Assembly: GCA_965262725.1 (NCBI GenBank)
Contig: OZ253555.1
Location: 3,520,001 to 3,584,000, forward strand
Direction: 5' to 3'
From: Dehalococcoidia bacterium
GTDB taxonomy: Bacteria > Chloroflexota > Dehalococcoidia > UBA2979
DNA: 64,000 nucleotides
Below are positions 40,075 through 49,824 of this stretch, piece after piece. A program made the position numbers and the translations under genes. Every line of letters begins with the position of its first letter. The first letter of the stretch is position 1. A model generated the notes under the pieces. The model did no database searches, was not told the origin of the DNA, and worked only from the letters and a program-made list of their open reading frames with translations.

Positions 40075-40910
40075 TCCGGCTGACCCACCTCGGACCGCGC
40101 GGGACCTACACCGAGGCCGCCGCCTCCCTCTACGACCCGGGCGCCGAACTGGTGCCCGTCTCCACCGTCTCCGAGGCCGTAGCGACGGTCGAGCGCGGGG
40201 AGGCACAGGCGTGCGTCTGCGCCCTCGAGAACTCGCTGGAGGGCGGCGTCCGGGACACTCTCGACCAGCTGCTGCGCGAGGATCTGGCCCTCGACATCTC
40301 GGCCGAGCTCGTGCTCCCGATCCGCCACGCACTCGTCGGAGCGGCCGGCTCGGACCCGGCCGCCGCGACGGTCGTCTACTCGCATCCGCAGGCCCTGGCG
40401 CAGTGCCGTCACCAGCTTCAGGCGATCGCCCCCGGGGCGCATCCCGTGGCGTCGCTCTCGACCGCGGCCGCCATCGAGTCGGCGCTCTCAGAGCCCGGGG
40501 CGCTCGCCATCGGCAACGCACGCGCGGCCGACCTCTACGGGGCCCGGGTCCTCCACCCCGACCTCGCCGACGAGTCCGACAACGAGACGCGCTTCGTCGT
40601 GCTGGCCGCGACGGACCACCCGGCCACCGGCGACGACAAGACGTCGATCGCCTTCACGACGCAGCACGACCGGCCGGGCTCCCTGATGGAGGCGCTCACG
40701 CTCTTCTATGAGCAGGACATCAACCTCACCCGCGTCGAGTCCCGCCCGACGCGGCGCCAGCTCGGCACGTATGTCTTCCTGCTCGACATGGAGGGCCACC
40801 GGACCGACGGTCGCATCGCCGAGGCGCTTCGGGACCTCGGAGAACTCGCCGAATGGCTGCGCGTCTTCGGGTCCTACCCACGCTGGCGCGGCCCTCGCGC
40901 CCGGGACTAG
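40071..40910 (+). CDS. pheA: Prephenate dehydratase
   Basis: LGPRGTYT, ENSLEG, SHPQALAQC, NETRF, ACT domain ESRP. Confidence 0.95.
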   Translation: MIRLTHLGPRGTYTEAAASLYDPGAELVPVSTVSEAVATVERGEAQACVCALENSLEGGVRDTLDQLLREDLALDISAELVLPIRHALVGAAGSDPAAATVVYSHPQALAQCRHQLQAIAPGAHPVASLSTAAAIESALSEPGALAIGNARAADLYGARVLHPDLADESDNETRFVVLAATDHPATGDDKTSIAFTTQHDRPGSLMEALTLFYEQDINLTRVESRPTRRQLGTYVFLLDMEGHRTDGRIAEALRDLGELAEWLRVFGSYPRWRGPRARD

Positions 40911-40931
40911 CGGGCGCGAGGCGTCGCCCCC

Positions 40932-41744
40932 GTGCCCGAGATACCCGACCTGGAGGCGATCCGCGGCTTCCTCGGGACCGCGCTCGCCGGACGGCCGGTC
41001 GAGGCGGTGGAGGTCCGCCTCCCGTGGCTCATCCGGAGCGAGCAGCGGCTCGAGAGCCTGGTCGGACACGTGCTCGGTCCGGTAGAGCGGCGCGGGAAGT
41101 TCCTGCTGATCACAGTCGACGACGGGTGCACCGTGGTCATGAACGCGATGCTGACGGGACGCTTCCAGTGGGCGGAGGCCGGCACGAGGCGGCGACCGCA
41201 CTACGCGGTGGTCCTCGCCTTCGCCGAGGGACGCGAACTTCGCTACATGGACGCACGGCGGATGGGCCGCTGGTACGTCGTGCCCGCAGCCCAGCTCCAT
41301 TCCGTCCCGCAGCTCGCCGACCTCGGACCCGATGCGCTCGCCGTCACAGAGGACGAGTTCATCGAGCGACTGCGCCGCCATCGCGGCCAGATCAAGCCCA
41401 CGCTGACCAACCAGCGCTTCGTCGCGGGTATCGGGAACGCGTACTCGGACGAGATACTGTGGGAGGCCCGGCTGCACCCACACCGCCGCCGCGCGACAAT
41501 GGACGACGAGGAGCAGCGCCGGCTCTACCGTGCGATGGGCGACGTCTACCGCTGGGCGATTCCGATCGTCGCGCGGGAGGTGGCGGAGGGACTGAACCAG
41601 AGCACACAGGAGTGGCGCGCGCACCTGCGCGTGCACCGGCGTGCGGGCGAGGCCTGCCCGCGCTGCGGTTCGACAGTTCGCGGCCAGCGCCGCGGTGGCA
41701 GCGAGACGAACTACTGCCTGAGCTGCCAGCCGCTCGCGGTATAG
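40932..41744 (+). CDS. Fpg/Nei family DNA glycosylase
   Basis: N-terminal PE, RRGKFL, H2TH GIGNAYSDE, C4 zinc finger CPRC...CLSCQ. Confidence 0.92.
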   Translation: MPEIPDLEAIRGFLGTALAGRPVEAVEVRLPWLIRSEQRLESLVGHVLGPVERRGKFLLITVDDGCTVVMNAMLTGRFQWAEAGTRRRPHYAVVLAFAEGRELRYMDARRMGRWYVVPAAQLHSVPQLADLGPDALAVTEDEFIERLRRHRGQIKPTLTNQRFVAGIGNAYSDEILWEARLHPHRRRATMDDEEQRRLYRAMGDVYRWAIPIVAREVAEGLNQSTQEWRAHLRVHRRAGEACPRCGSTVRGQRRGGSETNYCLSCQPLAV

Positions 41745-41768
41745 TGGCCCGAGTTTGGGGGGGCGGGA

Positions 41769-42482
41769 ATGAAGGTCATCGGACGCAACCTGGGCGAGGC
41801 GATCGATCCTCTCTACCAAGACATCGAGCACCGCCTCGGCACGGAGGGCGGCCATCGCCGCCTCGAGGTCACGAGCACGGAGGACGGCGCTCTCTCCAGC
41901 ATCCGCTGGCGCGACGACGAGGTCACGATCGCCGTGCGCAAGGGGATCCCGACGCACGCGCTGCCGCACGTCCTCGCCGTGGCGCTGCAGCACGTCCGCC
42001 AGCGGCTCGACGGCTACCCCGACGTGGTCCGCTCCGACCGGCCGCAGCCGGAGGGCGCCGGACTCACGCGCACCGCGCTCCGCGAACTGGTGCTCGCCCC
42101 GGAGGCAGAGCAGCACCTCGAACCGCTCGGCCTCGACGATCGCTGGGAGGCCGAGCAGCGTCACAAGGGGCTGAAGCAATTGCTCCGCGACGCCGGGGAG
42201 GACTGGAACGAGCCGGGCACGCCGGCACACCAGTTCGCGGCGCTCTCCTACGCGCGCTACGCCCTGCAGCACCCGCCCGAGATGTGGGAGAGCCTCGGTG
42301 AGGCGATGCGCGATCAGCTCCCGAAGGCGACCGCCTCCGGCGAGGAGGTGCTCACCCTCGTCTCGCGCCACGGGTGGAAGGACGCGAGCACCATGCTCAA
42401 GACGCTCACCGAGGTGAGGGACGTCTTGCAGATGCGGCCCTACACGCTCATCCAGGACCGGCGCACGGGCGGCCTCTACTAG
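41769..42482 (+). CDS. Hypothetical protein
   Basis: 237-aa ORF with globular composition and GC-biased third positions; no family recognised. Confidence 0.7.
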   Translation: MKVIGRNLGEAIDPLYQDIEHRLGTEGGHRRLEVTSTEDGALSSIRWRDDEVTIAVRKGIPTHALPHVLAVALQHVRQRLDGYPDVVRSDRPQPEGAGLTRTALRELVLAPEAEQHLEPLGLDDRWEAEQRHKGLKQLLRDAGEDWNEPGTPAHQFAALSYARYALQHPPEMWESLGEAMRDQLPKATASGEEVLTLVSRHGWKDASTMLKTLTEVRDVLQMRPYTLIQDRRTGGLY

Positions 42483-43087
42483 CCCGACGCCTCGACGCGG
42501 GCGGGGCTGGCGACGGCGGCCCCCTCCCCGGAATCGCGCGTCGCCGCGACGCGCCCTCGCGACGCGCCCCCGAGCCAGCCGACCAGGAACGGCGCCCACT
42601 CGGCGTAGCGCTCCAGGTAGGGTCCGTAGATCGCGGCGTAGCTCGCCCCCGGGCGGAACGGCGAGCGTCTCAGCACCATCCTCGCCTCCCCCGGCGTGCG
42701 CCCGCCCTTGCGGTGGTTGCAGGCCGTGCAGGCCGTGACGACGTTGCCCCACTCGTGGACACCGCCGCGGTGGCGCGGCAGCACGTGGTCGAGCGTCAGA
42801 TCCGAGGCGCACCCGCAGTACTGGCAGCGCCCGTGATCGCGAGCGAAGACGCCGCGGCGTGTCAGCCGCACGTGCGGTCGCGGACGGCGCACCTGCGTCA
42901 CGAGGCGTATGACGGAGGGGCGCGCGTACACGGCAGAGACCGAACGTAGCTCCTCTCGCGCCGCGTGCAGCAGCTCCGCCTTGCCGCGAAAGACCAGCAG
43001 GAAGGCACGCCGCACCGAGCAGACATCGAGCGGCTCGTAGTTCTGGTTGAGCACGAGCGCTCTCTGGTGCAGCGCATGAACCGGCAC
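42479..43087 (-). CDS. HNH endonuclease (McrA-like conserved family)
   Basis: LVLNQNYEPL, RPSVIRL, CQYCG, DHVLP, ACTACNHRKG. Confidence 0.92.
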   Translation of the reverse strand: MPVHALHQRALVLNQNYEPLDVCSVRRAFLLVFRGKAELLHAAREELRSVSAVYARPSVIRLVTQVRRPRPHVRLTRRGVFARDHGRCQYCGCASDLTLDHVLPRHRGGVHEWGNVVTACTACNHRKGGRTPGEARMVLRRSPFRPGASYAAIYGPYLERYAEWAPFLVGWLGGASRGRVAATRDSGEGAAVASPARVEASG

Positions 43088-43205
43088 GTCGCACCTCACG
43101 CTCCGCGTGGCGGCCCGGGCGCCGAGTCTAGCCGATCGCGCACCGCCTCCGCCCGGCGCCGGACACCGCGCCCGCAGCGCCGCCTCGGGAGCACGGCCGA
43201 GTGCG

Positions 43206-43703
43206 CTACACGCTCAGAAGGTCTGTCACCTCGGCGGGAAGTAGCGGCTCGACGACGAAGAACCCCTCGAGGAAGAGCGAGGCCAGGGCGGACGATTCGG
43301 CCGCCGCGGTGAGACCCGTTGCCGCGGGGAAGGCCGTGACCGCGACCAGGAGCACCTCGACGACGACGACGCCCTTGAGCAGGCCGAACGCCGCGCCCCC
43401 CAGGCTGTCGACGGGTCCGAGCAGCAGGAGCGCGGCCGTGCGGCGCAGGAGGAGGGCGACGATCTGGCCGATCACGACCACCCCGGTGAAGATCGCCACG
43501 AAGGCCACGAGTTCGCGGGTGCGCTCGTCCTCCACGAGCACCGCGGCGTCGGCCGCGAGCTCCATGTAGAGCTTCCCCGCCAGCAGCGCACCGAAGACGA
43601 CGGCCGCGAGCATCACGACCTCACGGACGAGGCCGACCACGAAGGCGCGCCACGTGAGCGCGCCGAGGATGACGACAATCGCGAGATCGAGCCAGTTCAG
43701 CAA
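43206..43703 (-). CDS. CvpA family membrane protein
   Basis: NWLDLAIVVI...GLVRE...DSLGGAAFGLLKG; TTG start inferred. Confidence 0.88.
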   Translation of the reverse strand: MLNWLDLAIVVILGALTWRAFVVGLVREVVMLAAVVFGALLAGKLYMELAADAAVLVEDERTRELVAFVAIFTGVVVIGQIVALLLRRTAALLLLGPVDSLGGAAFGLLKGVVVVEVLLVAVTAFPAATGLTAAAESSALASLFLEGFFVVEPLLPAEVTDLLSV

Positions 43704-43897
43704 CGGCCCCCCGGAGGCTGGCCCCGTGGCGATCGTAGCACGCGCGAGCCATCTCACTCCCCGGTGGGAGGCGTCATCACTACGCGGCGTCGAGCGAGCG
43801 GCCGTCAGGGCGGGCTCCGTGCGTTGCGACGAGCGCCCGCCGGGTCTCTCCCGCGGCGCTCGCCCCCACACCGCATGAGAGAGGCAAGAGGAGCCGC

Positions 43898-44479
43898 TCA
43901 GCGCAGATGCGGAGGGCGCCACTCGCCGGGTTGCTGCCCCGACGAGCCCTCCCCCGAGCCCTCTGTGGCGCCACCGCCGCCGCCCTCGCTTCCCGAGGAC
44001 GGCGAGGGGTCGGCCCTCTGCGCCGCCACCTCGGCGGCGCGCCGGCTCAGCCGCAGGCGGACCACGCGATGCGTGTGGGGCCAGTGCTCCATCTCGACCT
44101 CATCCCCCTCCTCCAGCTCGTGGTAGGCGGGGACGGAGACGACGAAGGCACCCTCCCTGAGGAGGAGGTAGTGCGTCCGGCCCAGCCACATGAAGAGGCC
44201 CGGCCGCCGCTTCCTTAGCACGACGGAGGTGGTCGTGACCGGAGCGGCGCGGAGATCGCGCAACGCGCCGCTCGCCTGGAAGGACGTGCCGAAGAGGGCC
44301 AGGCCCAACACCGTCAGCCCGATCAGCGCCCCCATGTCGCCACCGAGGAGCACGCGCAAGAGCCAGACGACGCCCGACCCGCTGATCGCGGCGAGCGGCG
44401 TATAGAGCATCACCATCCGCACGAGACCGCGGCGATCGGGCGTCCCCTCCTCCAGCACGTCGAATCGGCCTCGCATCAT
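43898..44479 (-). CDS. Hypothetical 2-TM protein with small beta-rich C-terminal domain
   Basis: Two TMs, then VSVPAYHELEEGDEVEMEH; G-rich RBS. Confidence 0.65.
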   Translation of the reverse strand: MMRGRFDVLEEGTPDRRGLVRMVMLYTPLAAISGSGVVWLLRVLLGGDMGALIGLTVLGLALFGTSFQASGALRDLRAAPVTTTSVVLRKRRPGLFMWLGRTHYLLLREGAFVVSVPAYHELEEGDEVEMEHWPHTHRVVRLRLSRRAAEVAAQRADPSPSSGSEGGGGGATEGSGEGSSGQQPGEWRPPHLR

Positions 44480-44512
44480 CCCCCCCGAGAACGCGGTCGC
44501 GCGGCGTCGAGT

Positions 44513-45088
44513 CTACTGCGCGGGAATCGTGATCACCTGGCCGATTTGGATATTCGAGACATCGGTGATGCCGTTTTCCTCCACGATCCGCTCCAGCAAC
44601 TCCTCGCGGTCGCCGCCGGGTGCGAGGAAGAGGTCGATGATCGCCGAGAGCGTATCCCCCTCCTGCACCGTGTACTCGAGCTCCGCTTGGGGCGTGGGGG
44701 TCGCCGCAGTCGGCGTCGCGGTCGGCACCGCGCTCACGACGGGCCCCGCCTCGGCCGTGGCCCGGGGAAGAGCGCCGGCCTGCGACGCCGGCGTCGGCGT
44801 CGGCGTCGACGTGGAGGACGGGGCATCACGCCCGAGCACGCCGGCGATCGACGCGGGGGGTCGACCGCCCGGGTCGGCGCCCTGAGGCGAAAACACCAGA
44901 AGCCAGACCGCCACGACGGAGCCCGCGATCAGCGCGAGCAGCGATCCCCGGTAGACCCAGTACGACGGGAGCGCGCGCTCGGGGTCCATGCAGCGCGAGC
45001 AGAGGGCCTCCCCGTGCTCGTCACAGAAGAGCGCACCGCACCGCGGGCACTCCGCTACCGCCTCGAGATCACAGGCGTAGCACTCCAC
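44513..45088 (-). CDS. Zn-finger - TM - LysM protein
   Basis: CYAC...CPRC...CDEH...CSRC, one TM, Pro/Thr linker, YTVQEGDTLSAI...IQIGQVITIP. Confidence 0.85.
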   Translation of the reverse strand: MECYACDLEAVAECPRCGALFCDEHGEALCSRCMDPERALPSYWVYRGSLLALIAGSVVAVWLLVFSPQGADPGGRPPASIAGVLGRDAPSSTSTPTPTPASQAGALPRATAEAGPVVSAVPTATPTAATPTPQAELEYTVQEGDTLSAIIDLFLAPGGDREELLERIVEENGITDVSNIQIGQVITIPAQ

Positions 45089-45383
45089 GAGCACGAGGGT
45101 AGCGCAGCGGCGCGCCCCTCGGCACGCCCGGAGCCCGACCGGCGGTGCACAGGGGGTGGGAGCACGCACGAAGAGCGGAGAAAGGCGCCCCCGGATCGGC
45201 CGGCGACCGACCGCCGGGGATCGAGTGGCGAGAGCGGCCGGAGAGCGCCCGTCAGGGAGCGTCGATGATGCCGCCGAGGAGCGTCACCCCGGCCACAGCG
45301 CCCCGGGCCGGCCAGCGCCCGCGCGGTGCCGGGAGGCGTGCGCCGGCCTGTCCGGCCCGCGTCGCCACCCCGGCGTGGGCTAG

Positions 45384-46776
45384 CAGGGTCGGGAAAAAGG
45401 CCCCCTTTGGCGCGGCCACGGAGCGAATCACCGCCAAGAGGGCGTATGCGGCGTCATTTCGGGGCCGATTCTGGCCCCCTCCGGGGCTCTCTCAGCCCGT
45501 CCGGGCGCCCCGGGACCTACTCCGGGCGCACTACGCCCGTGACAGCGCGGCGTCGATATTGGCCACGCGCACCAGGTTGTACGCGGCAGCGCCCATCTCC
45601 ATCCAGAAACCGTTGACCTGTTCGCCGATGTAGCGGAGCTTGCGCCCGCCCCCCACGGTCTTCAGCCACCCGAAGCTCTCCTCCACCATCTTGCGCCGGC
45701 GCTGACTCACCTCGTAGCCGGGCGTCTGCGCCACCTCCTCGGGGATGGCGCTGTGCTTCGCTCGCCGTGCCACGTGCGGCACGACCCCGAGTTCGCACAG
45801 CCCCTCCACGAAGTGCTTCGCGTCGTATCCCTTGTCGGCGCCCAGCGTCGCCCCCGGTGTCAGGCTGCGCTCGGCCATGGCCAGCGCCGCATCCCGCTCC
45901 GCCCGCCCGTGCGCCGTCGTGAGCTCGACATCGACGATGAGCCCGTTGCGGTTCTCCGTCATCACATGCCCGATGTAGCTCGGGCGCGCCGCCTGCCCGT
46001 TCCCCTTCCGGTACAGGTGCGCGCCGGGATCGGTCGTGCTGACGTGGGTGTCCCGGTGCCGGCGCTCGCCGCGGAAGTCGACGTCCGGATTGCGGCCCGC
46101 AGGCTTGTCCCCGTCCTGCTCGTCGCGTGACCGGTAGCTCTTGTGCGACGCCCACGCCTCGAGCTGCGACCCGTCGACCGTGAAGTGCTCCTCGGACAGC
46201 AGGTTCCGCTCCCTCGCCTCCCTCACGACTTCCTCGAAGAACCCCCGGGCGATGTCGCCGTCAAGGAGCCGGGAGCGGTTCTTCGAGAACGTGGAGCGGT
46301 CGAAGGAACCGGGGTCTCCCGGGAGGTCGAGGAACCACTTGAACGCCATGTCGGACCGCAGCCGCTCGCAGAACTGGCTCTCGCTACGAATCGAGAAGAA
46401 GGCGATGAGGAGTGTCGACTTGAGCAGCGTCTCGGGCGGAATCGACGGTCGCCCGGACTCGCTGTAGAGACCGTCGAAGCGCGGGGAGAGATTGGCGAGC
46501 GCCCGGTCGACGATGGGCTTGATGCGTCGGAGCGGGTGGTCGCTGGGGACGAACATCTCCGGGCAGGTGAGAGTGGCGCGGCCCTGGTCCTCGCTCTGTC
46601 CTCGCATCGATATCCTCCCTCGTGGGGGTCCCTCTTGTATGATCGTTAGTATACTCGTCTTATCAGTTACAGTCGACCACTACCTGGGGCTTCTGACAGC
46701 TACCGGGGGCGTTTGTTGCACCCGCGGGGCACCGCCGGCCATGCTCCGGGCACCCAGGGAGAAAATCACAACCCTG
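45384..46776 (-). mobile_element. IS5-family insertion sequence, about 1.39 kb
   Basis: Flanked by CTAG at 45380-45383 and 46777-46780; inverted ends CAGGGT; single transposase; lower-GC 5' region. Exact TSD/IR boundary uncertain by a few nt. Confidence 0.85.
45531..46607 (-). CDS. IS5-family DDE transposase (DUF772-type N-terminus), apparently intact
   Basis: VPSDHPLR, GRPSIPPE, VDGS, GADKGYD, RKMVEESFGW; GGAGG RBS. Confidence 0.93.
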   Translation of the reverse strand: MRGQSEDQGRATLTCPEMFVPSDHPLRRIKPIVDRALANLSPRFDGLYSESGRPSIPPETLLKSTLLIAFFSIRSESQFCERLRSDMAFKWFLDLPGDPGSFDRSTFSKNRSRLLDGDIARGFFEEVVREARERNLLSEEHFTVDGSQLEAWASHKSYRSRDEQDGDKPAGRNPDVDFRGERRHRDTHVSTTDPGAHLYRKGNGQAARPSYIGHVMTENRNGLIVDVELTTAHGRAERDAALAMAERSLTPGATLGADKGYDAKHFVEGLCELGVVPHVARRAKHSAIPEEVAQTPGYEVSQRRRKMVEESFGWLKTVGGGRKLRYIGEQVNGFWMEMGAAAYNLVRVANIDAALSRA

Positions 46777-47154
46777 CTAGACGAGATCGACGGTAGCGCC
46801 CGCCTCTTCGAGCTTCGCCTTCGCGGCCTCCGCGTCCTCCTTGGACGCCCCCTCGCGGACGGGCTTCGGCGCGGCCTCGACGAGGTCCTTCGCCTCCTTC
46901 AGTCCGAGCGTCGTCAGCTCGCGGACCGCCTTGATCACCTTGATCTTGTTCGCGCCGAAGTCCTTCAGCACGACATCGAAGAACGCCTGCTCCTCGGCGG
47001 CCGCCGCATTGCCGTCCACCGACGGCGCCGCAACCACCGCGACCGGCGCCGCCGCCGTGACGCCGAACTCATCCTCGATCGCCCGATTCAGGTCGCGGAG
47101 TTCGATGATCGTCATCCCGCGGATGATCTCCAGCGCCTCGTCCACCTTCGCCAT
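46777..47154 (-). CDS. rplL: 50S ribosomal protein L7/L12
   Basis: [33 protein letters not shown]. Confidence 0.98.
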   Translation of the reverse strand: MAKVDEALEIIRGMTIIELRDLNRAIEDEFGVTAAAPVAVVAAPSVDGNAAAAEEQAFFDVVLKDFGANKIKVIKAVRELTTLGLKEAKDLVEAAPKPVREGASKEDAEAAKAKLEEAGATVDLV

Positions 47155-47231
47155 CGTCGTTCCTCCCGCGCTCCGGGCAGCGAAGCCGCCCCGCTCTTCG
47201 TCGTGCGCCGGACCGGCCGGTGCACGCGTCC

Positions 47232-47765
47232 CTACGCGTTCGTCTCCTCGAGCTGCGCCGCCCGGGCCTCGATCAACCCGGCGAATTCACGCGTCACCGC
47301 CTGCAGCAGGCCCGCGAACTCGACGAGCGGACCGACCACGCCACCGGCGATCCGACCGAGCAGCTCCTCGCGAGGCGGCACCGCCGCGAGCTCCCGGACG
47401 AACGCCGCATCGACGAGCTTCCCCTCGAGCACCGCGCCGCGCAGCTCCACCGGCGACGTCGGGTGCTCTCGCAGGTAGGCCGCGAGCACGCGCGCCGGCG
47501 CGGTGACGTCCTCGCGCGAGGTCACGAGCGCGGTCGGACCCTGCGCCAGCTCGCCGAAGACGTCGAGCCCCTCGTCTCGGGCCGCGATCCGCAGCAACGT
47601 GTTCTTGATCACGCGCATCTCGGCCCCGACCCGCGTGAGCTCGCGCCGCAGCAGCACCTGTTCCCCCACCGGGATGCCCTGATACGCCGTCGCGATGGCG
47701 ATCTGCGCGTCGCGGATCAGGGCCCGCAGCTCGGTGACCTCCGCAACCTTGCCCGCCGTCGGCAT
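47232..47765 (-). CDS. rplJ: 50S ribosomal protein L10
   Basis: MPTAGK, VIKNTL, GPTA, PPREEL; between rplA and rplL. Confidence 0.95.
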   Translation of the reverse strand: MPTAGKVAEVTELRALIRDAQIAIATAYQGIPVGEQVLLRRELTRVGAEMRVIKNTLLRIAARDEGLDVFGELAQGPTALVTSREDVTAPARVLAAYLREHPTSPVELRGAVLEGKLVDAAFVRELAAVPPREELLGRIAGGVVGPLVEFAGLLQAVTREFAGLIEARAAQLEETNA

Positions 47766-47820
47766 ACGCGTTCCTCTCGTGCCGCCCGCCGCCACCGGCG
47801 TCCCACGCCGGAGCGGGCGA

Positions 47821-47965
47821 CAAAAAGCGCTCACCCGCCGGGGTGAGCGCGCGGAGCGGCGCCATCCGCGCCGAACGCCGTGCCACCCACCTGCACGGGC
47901 CGCCCGTGGGCGATTATCCCCTCGTCGCCTGCCGGCGGCGGGGGACCCGTGGTCTCCGGCGGTCC
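47821..47965 (-). promoter_or_regulatory. L10 leader RNA with attenuator hairpin
   Basis: GAGACCACGGG...AUAAU...CCCGUGCAGG resembles the L10 leader core; followed by GCGCUCACCC/GGGUGAGCGC hairpin plus U5 just upstream of rplJ. Confidence 0.75.
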
Positions 47966-48008
47966 GGTCGTCGCCGAGGCGACGCCGGGCTGAACCGAAT
48001 TCAGTCTC

Positions 48009-48725
48009 CTACGAGTCGCCGCCCAGCGCCACCACCTGCGTCACATCCATCGCGATTCCCGGTCCCATCGTGGAGGCGAGCGAGGCCCCGCGGAGCATCT
48101 GACCCTTGCCGCCGCTGGGGCGGTTGCGCTGGATCTCGCCGATCAGCGTCGAGAGATTCTCGATCAACTGACCCTCCTCGAACGAGGCCTTGCCGATCGC
48201 GCAGTGGATCAGGTTGGTGCGATCGAGGCGGAACTCGACCCGGCCGGACTTCGCCTCGCGCACGCCTCGTGCGAGGTCGACGTTCTCGAGCACCGTGTTG
48301 TTGCGGGGGTTCGGCATCAGGCCGCGCGGGCCGAGCAGCCGGCCGAGGCGGCCGATTTTCGGCATCATCTCGCGCTGCGCGAGCACCACGTCGAAGTCCA
48401 GCTCACCGGCCTCGAAGCGTCGCGCGAGGTCGTCAGAGCCGACGGAGTCCGCGCCGGCCTCCAGAGCCAGGGTCGCCGCCTCGCCCTCGGCGAAGACCGC
48501 GACGCGCATCATCCGCCCCAGGCCGTGCGGTAGCACCACAGACCCGCGCACCTGCTGGTCGGCGTGGCGACCGTCGAGACCCGTGCGGAGGTGGACTTCG
48601 ATCGTCTCGTCGAACCTGGCGGTCGCCGTCTCGCGAGCCAGCGCGACGGCTTCCTGCGGCGAGTAGAGGCGGTCCCCCTCGACGCGGGCTCTGACCGCCT
48701 CCATCCGTTTCCCCGACTTGGTCAT
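48009..48725 (-). CDS. rplA: 50S ribosomal protein L1
   Basis: FDETIE, DQQVRG, LGPRGLMPNP, STMGPG. Confidence 0.98.
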   Translation of the reverse strand: MTKSGKRMEAVRARVEGDRLYSPQEAVALARETATARFDETIEVHLRTGLDGRHADQQVRGSVVLPHGLGRMMRVAVFAEGEAATLALEAGADSVGSDDLARRFEAGELDFDVVLAQREMMPKIGRLGRLLGPRGLMPNPRNNTVLENVDLARGVREAKSGRVEFRLDRTNLIHCAIGKASFEEGQLIENLSTLIGEIQRNRPSGGKGQMLRGASLASTMGPGIAMDVTQVVALGGDS

Positions 48726-49147
48726 CAGGCGACCTCGATCCCCATTGAGCGCGCGGTTCCCGCCACGGTACGCATCGCCTGCTCCATGTCGGTCGTGTTC
48801 AGGTCGGGCAGCTTGATCGCGGCGATCGCCCGCACCTGCTCCCGCGACACCCGCCCCGCGGCCTCCATCTTCGGATTCGGCGAGCCCTTCTCGACCCCCG
48901 CGGCCTTGCGCAGCAGATCGGAGACCGGCGGCGTCTTCAGGATGAAGACGAACGAGCGGTCCTCGTAGATCGTGATCTGGGCCGGGATGATCTGGCCCGT
49001 CTGCTGCTGCGTCTGCGCGTTGTACGTCTTGCAGAACTCCATGATGTTGATGCCGTGCGGACCGAGGGCGGTCCCCACCGGCGGCGCGGGATTCGCCTGA
49101 CCCGCCGGAATCTGCAACGTGACCTGCGCGCGCACCTTCTTCGCCAT
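48725..49147 (-). CDS. rplK: 50S ribosomal protein L11
   Basis: [25 protein letters not shown]. Confidence 0.98.
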   Translation of the reverse strand: MAKKVRAQVTLQIPAGQANPAPPVGTALGPHGINIMEFCKTYNAQTQQQTGQIIPAQITIYEDRSFVFILKTPPVSDLLRKAAGVEKGSPNPKMEAAGRVSREQVRAIAAIKLPDLNTTDMEQAMRTVAGTARSMGIEVA

Positions 49148-49208
49148 CAGTCCGCCCCCCGCCCGCGCGCGCAGGGCTCCGACCCTGCGACGCGCCGTGC
49201 CATCCGCG

Positions 49209-49760
49209 CTATTGCTTCTCGACCTGGAGGAAGTCCAACTCGACGGGCGTGTCACGCCCGAACATGGAGAGCATCACGCGCACCTTGCCCTTGTCGAGGT
49301 TGATTTCGTCGACGAGTCCCACGAAGTCCGTGAACGGACCGTCGATCACGCGCACCGATTCGCCGGGCTCGAAGCCGACGTTGATGCGCGCCGGCGCGGA
49401 GTCCATCTCGCGAAGGATGCGGTTCACCTCATCGTCGGCGAGGGCGGTGGGGCGCGCTCGCTCGTCCGCGCTCGCTCCCGCGAAGCCCGTGACGCCCGGC
49501 GTGTTGCGAACCACGTACCACGAGGCATCGTCCATCACCATCTGGACGAAGACATACCCCGGGAAGAGCTTCTTCGAGACGGTCCGGCGCTGTCCCTCCC
49601 GGATCTCGATCTCGTTCTCCGTCGGGATCACCACCCGGAAGATGCGGTCGCCGACGTCCATGGTCTTGATACGCTGCTCGAGGTTGGTGCGCACCTTGTT
49701 CTCGTAGCCCGAGTAGGTCTGCACGATGAACCAGGCCCGCCCGTCATCGACGTCGGCCAC
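49209..49760 (-). CDS. nusG: Transcription factor NusG
   Basis: [27 protein letters not shown] domain, FGRDTPVEL. Confidence 0.97.
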   Translation of the reverse strand: MADVDDGRAWFIVQTYSGYENKVRTNLEQRIKTMDVGDRIFRVVIPTENEIEIREGQRRTVSKKLFPGYVFVQMVMDDASWYVVRNTPGVTGFAGASADERARPTALADDEVNRILREMDSAPARINVGFEPGESVRVIDGPFTDFVGLVDEINLDKGKVRVMLSMFGRDTPVELDFLQVEKQ

Positions 49761-49824
49761 TGCCGCCGCCTCGGCGTCCGCGCCGTTCTCCGTGGTGAAC
49801 TCTAGGTCGGCCAGGATGCCCCCC

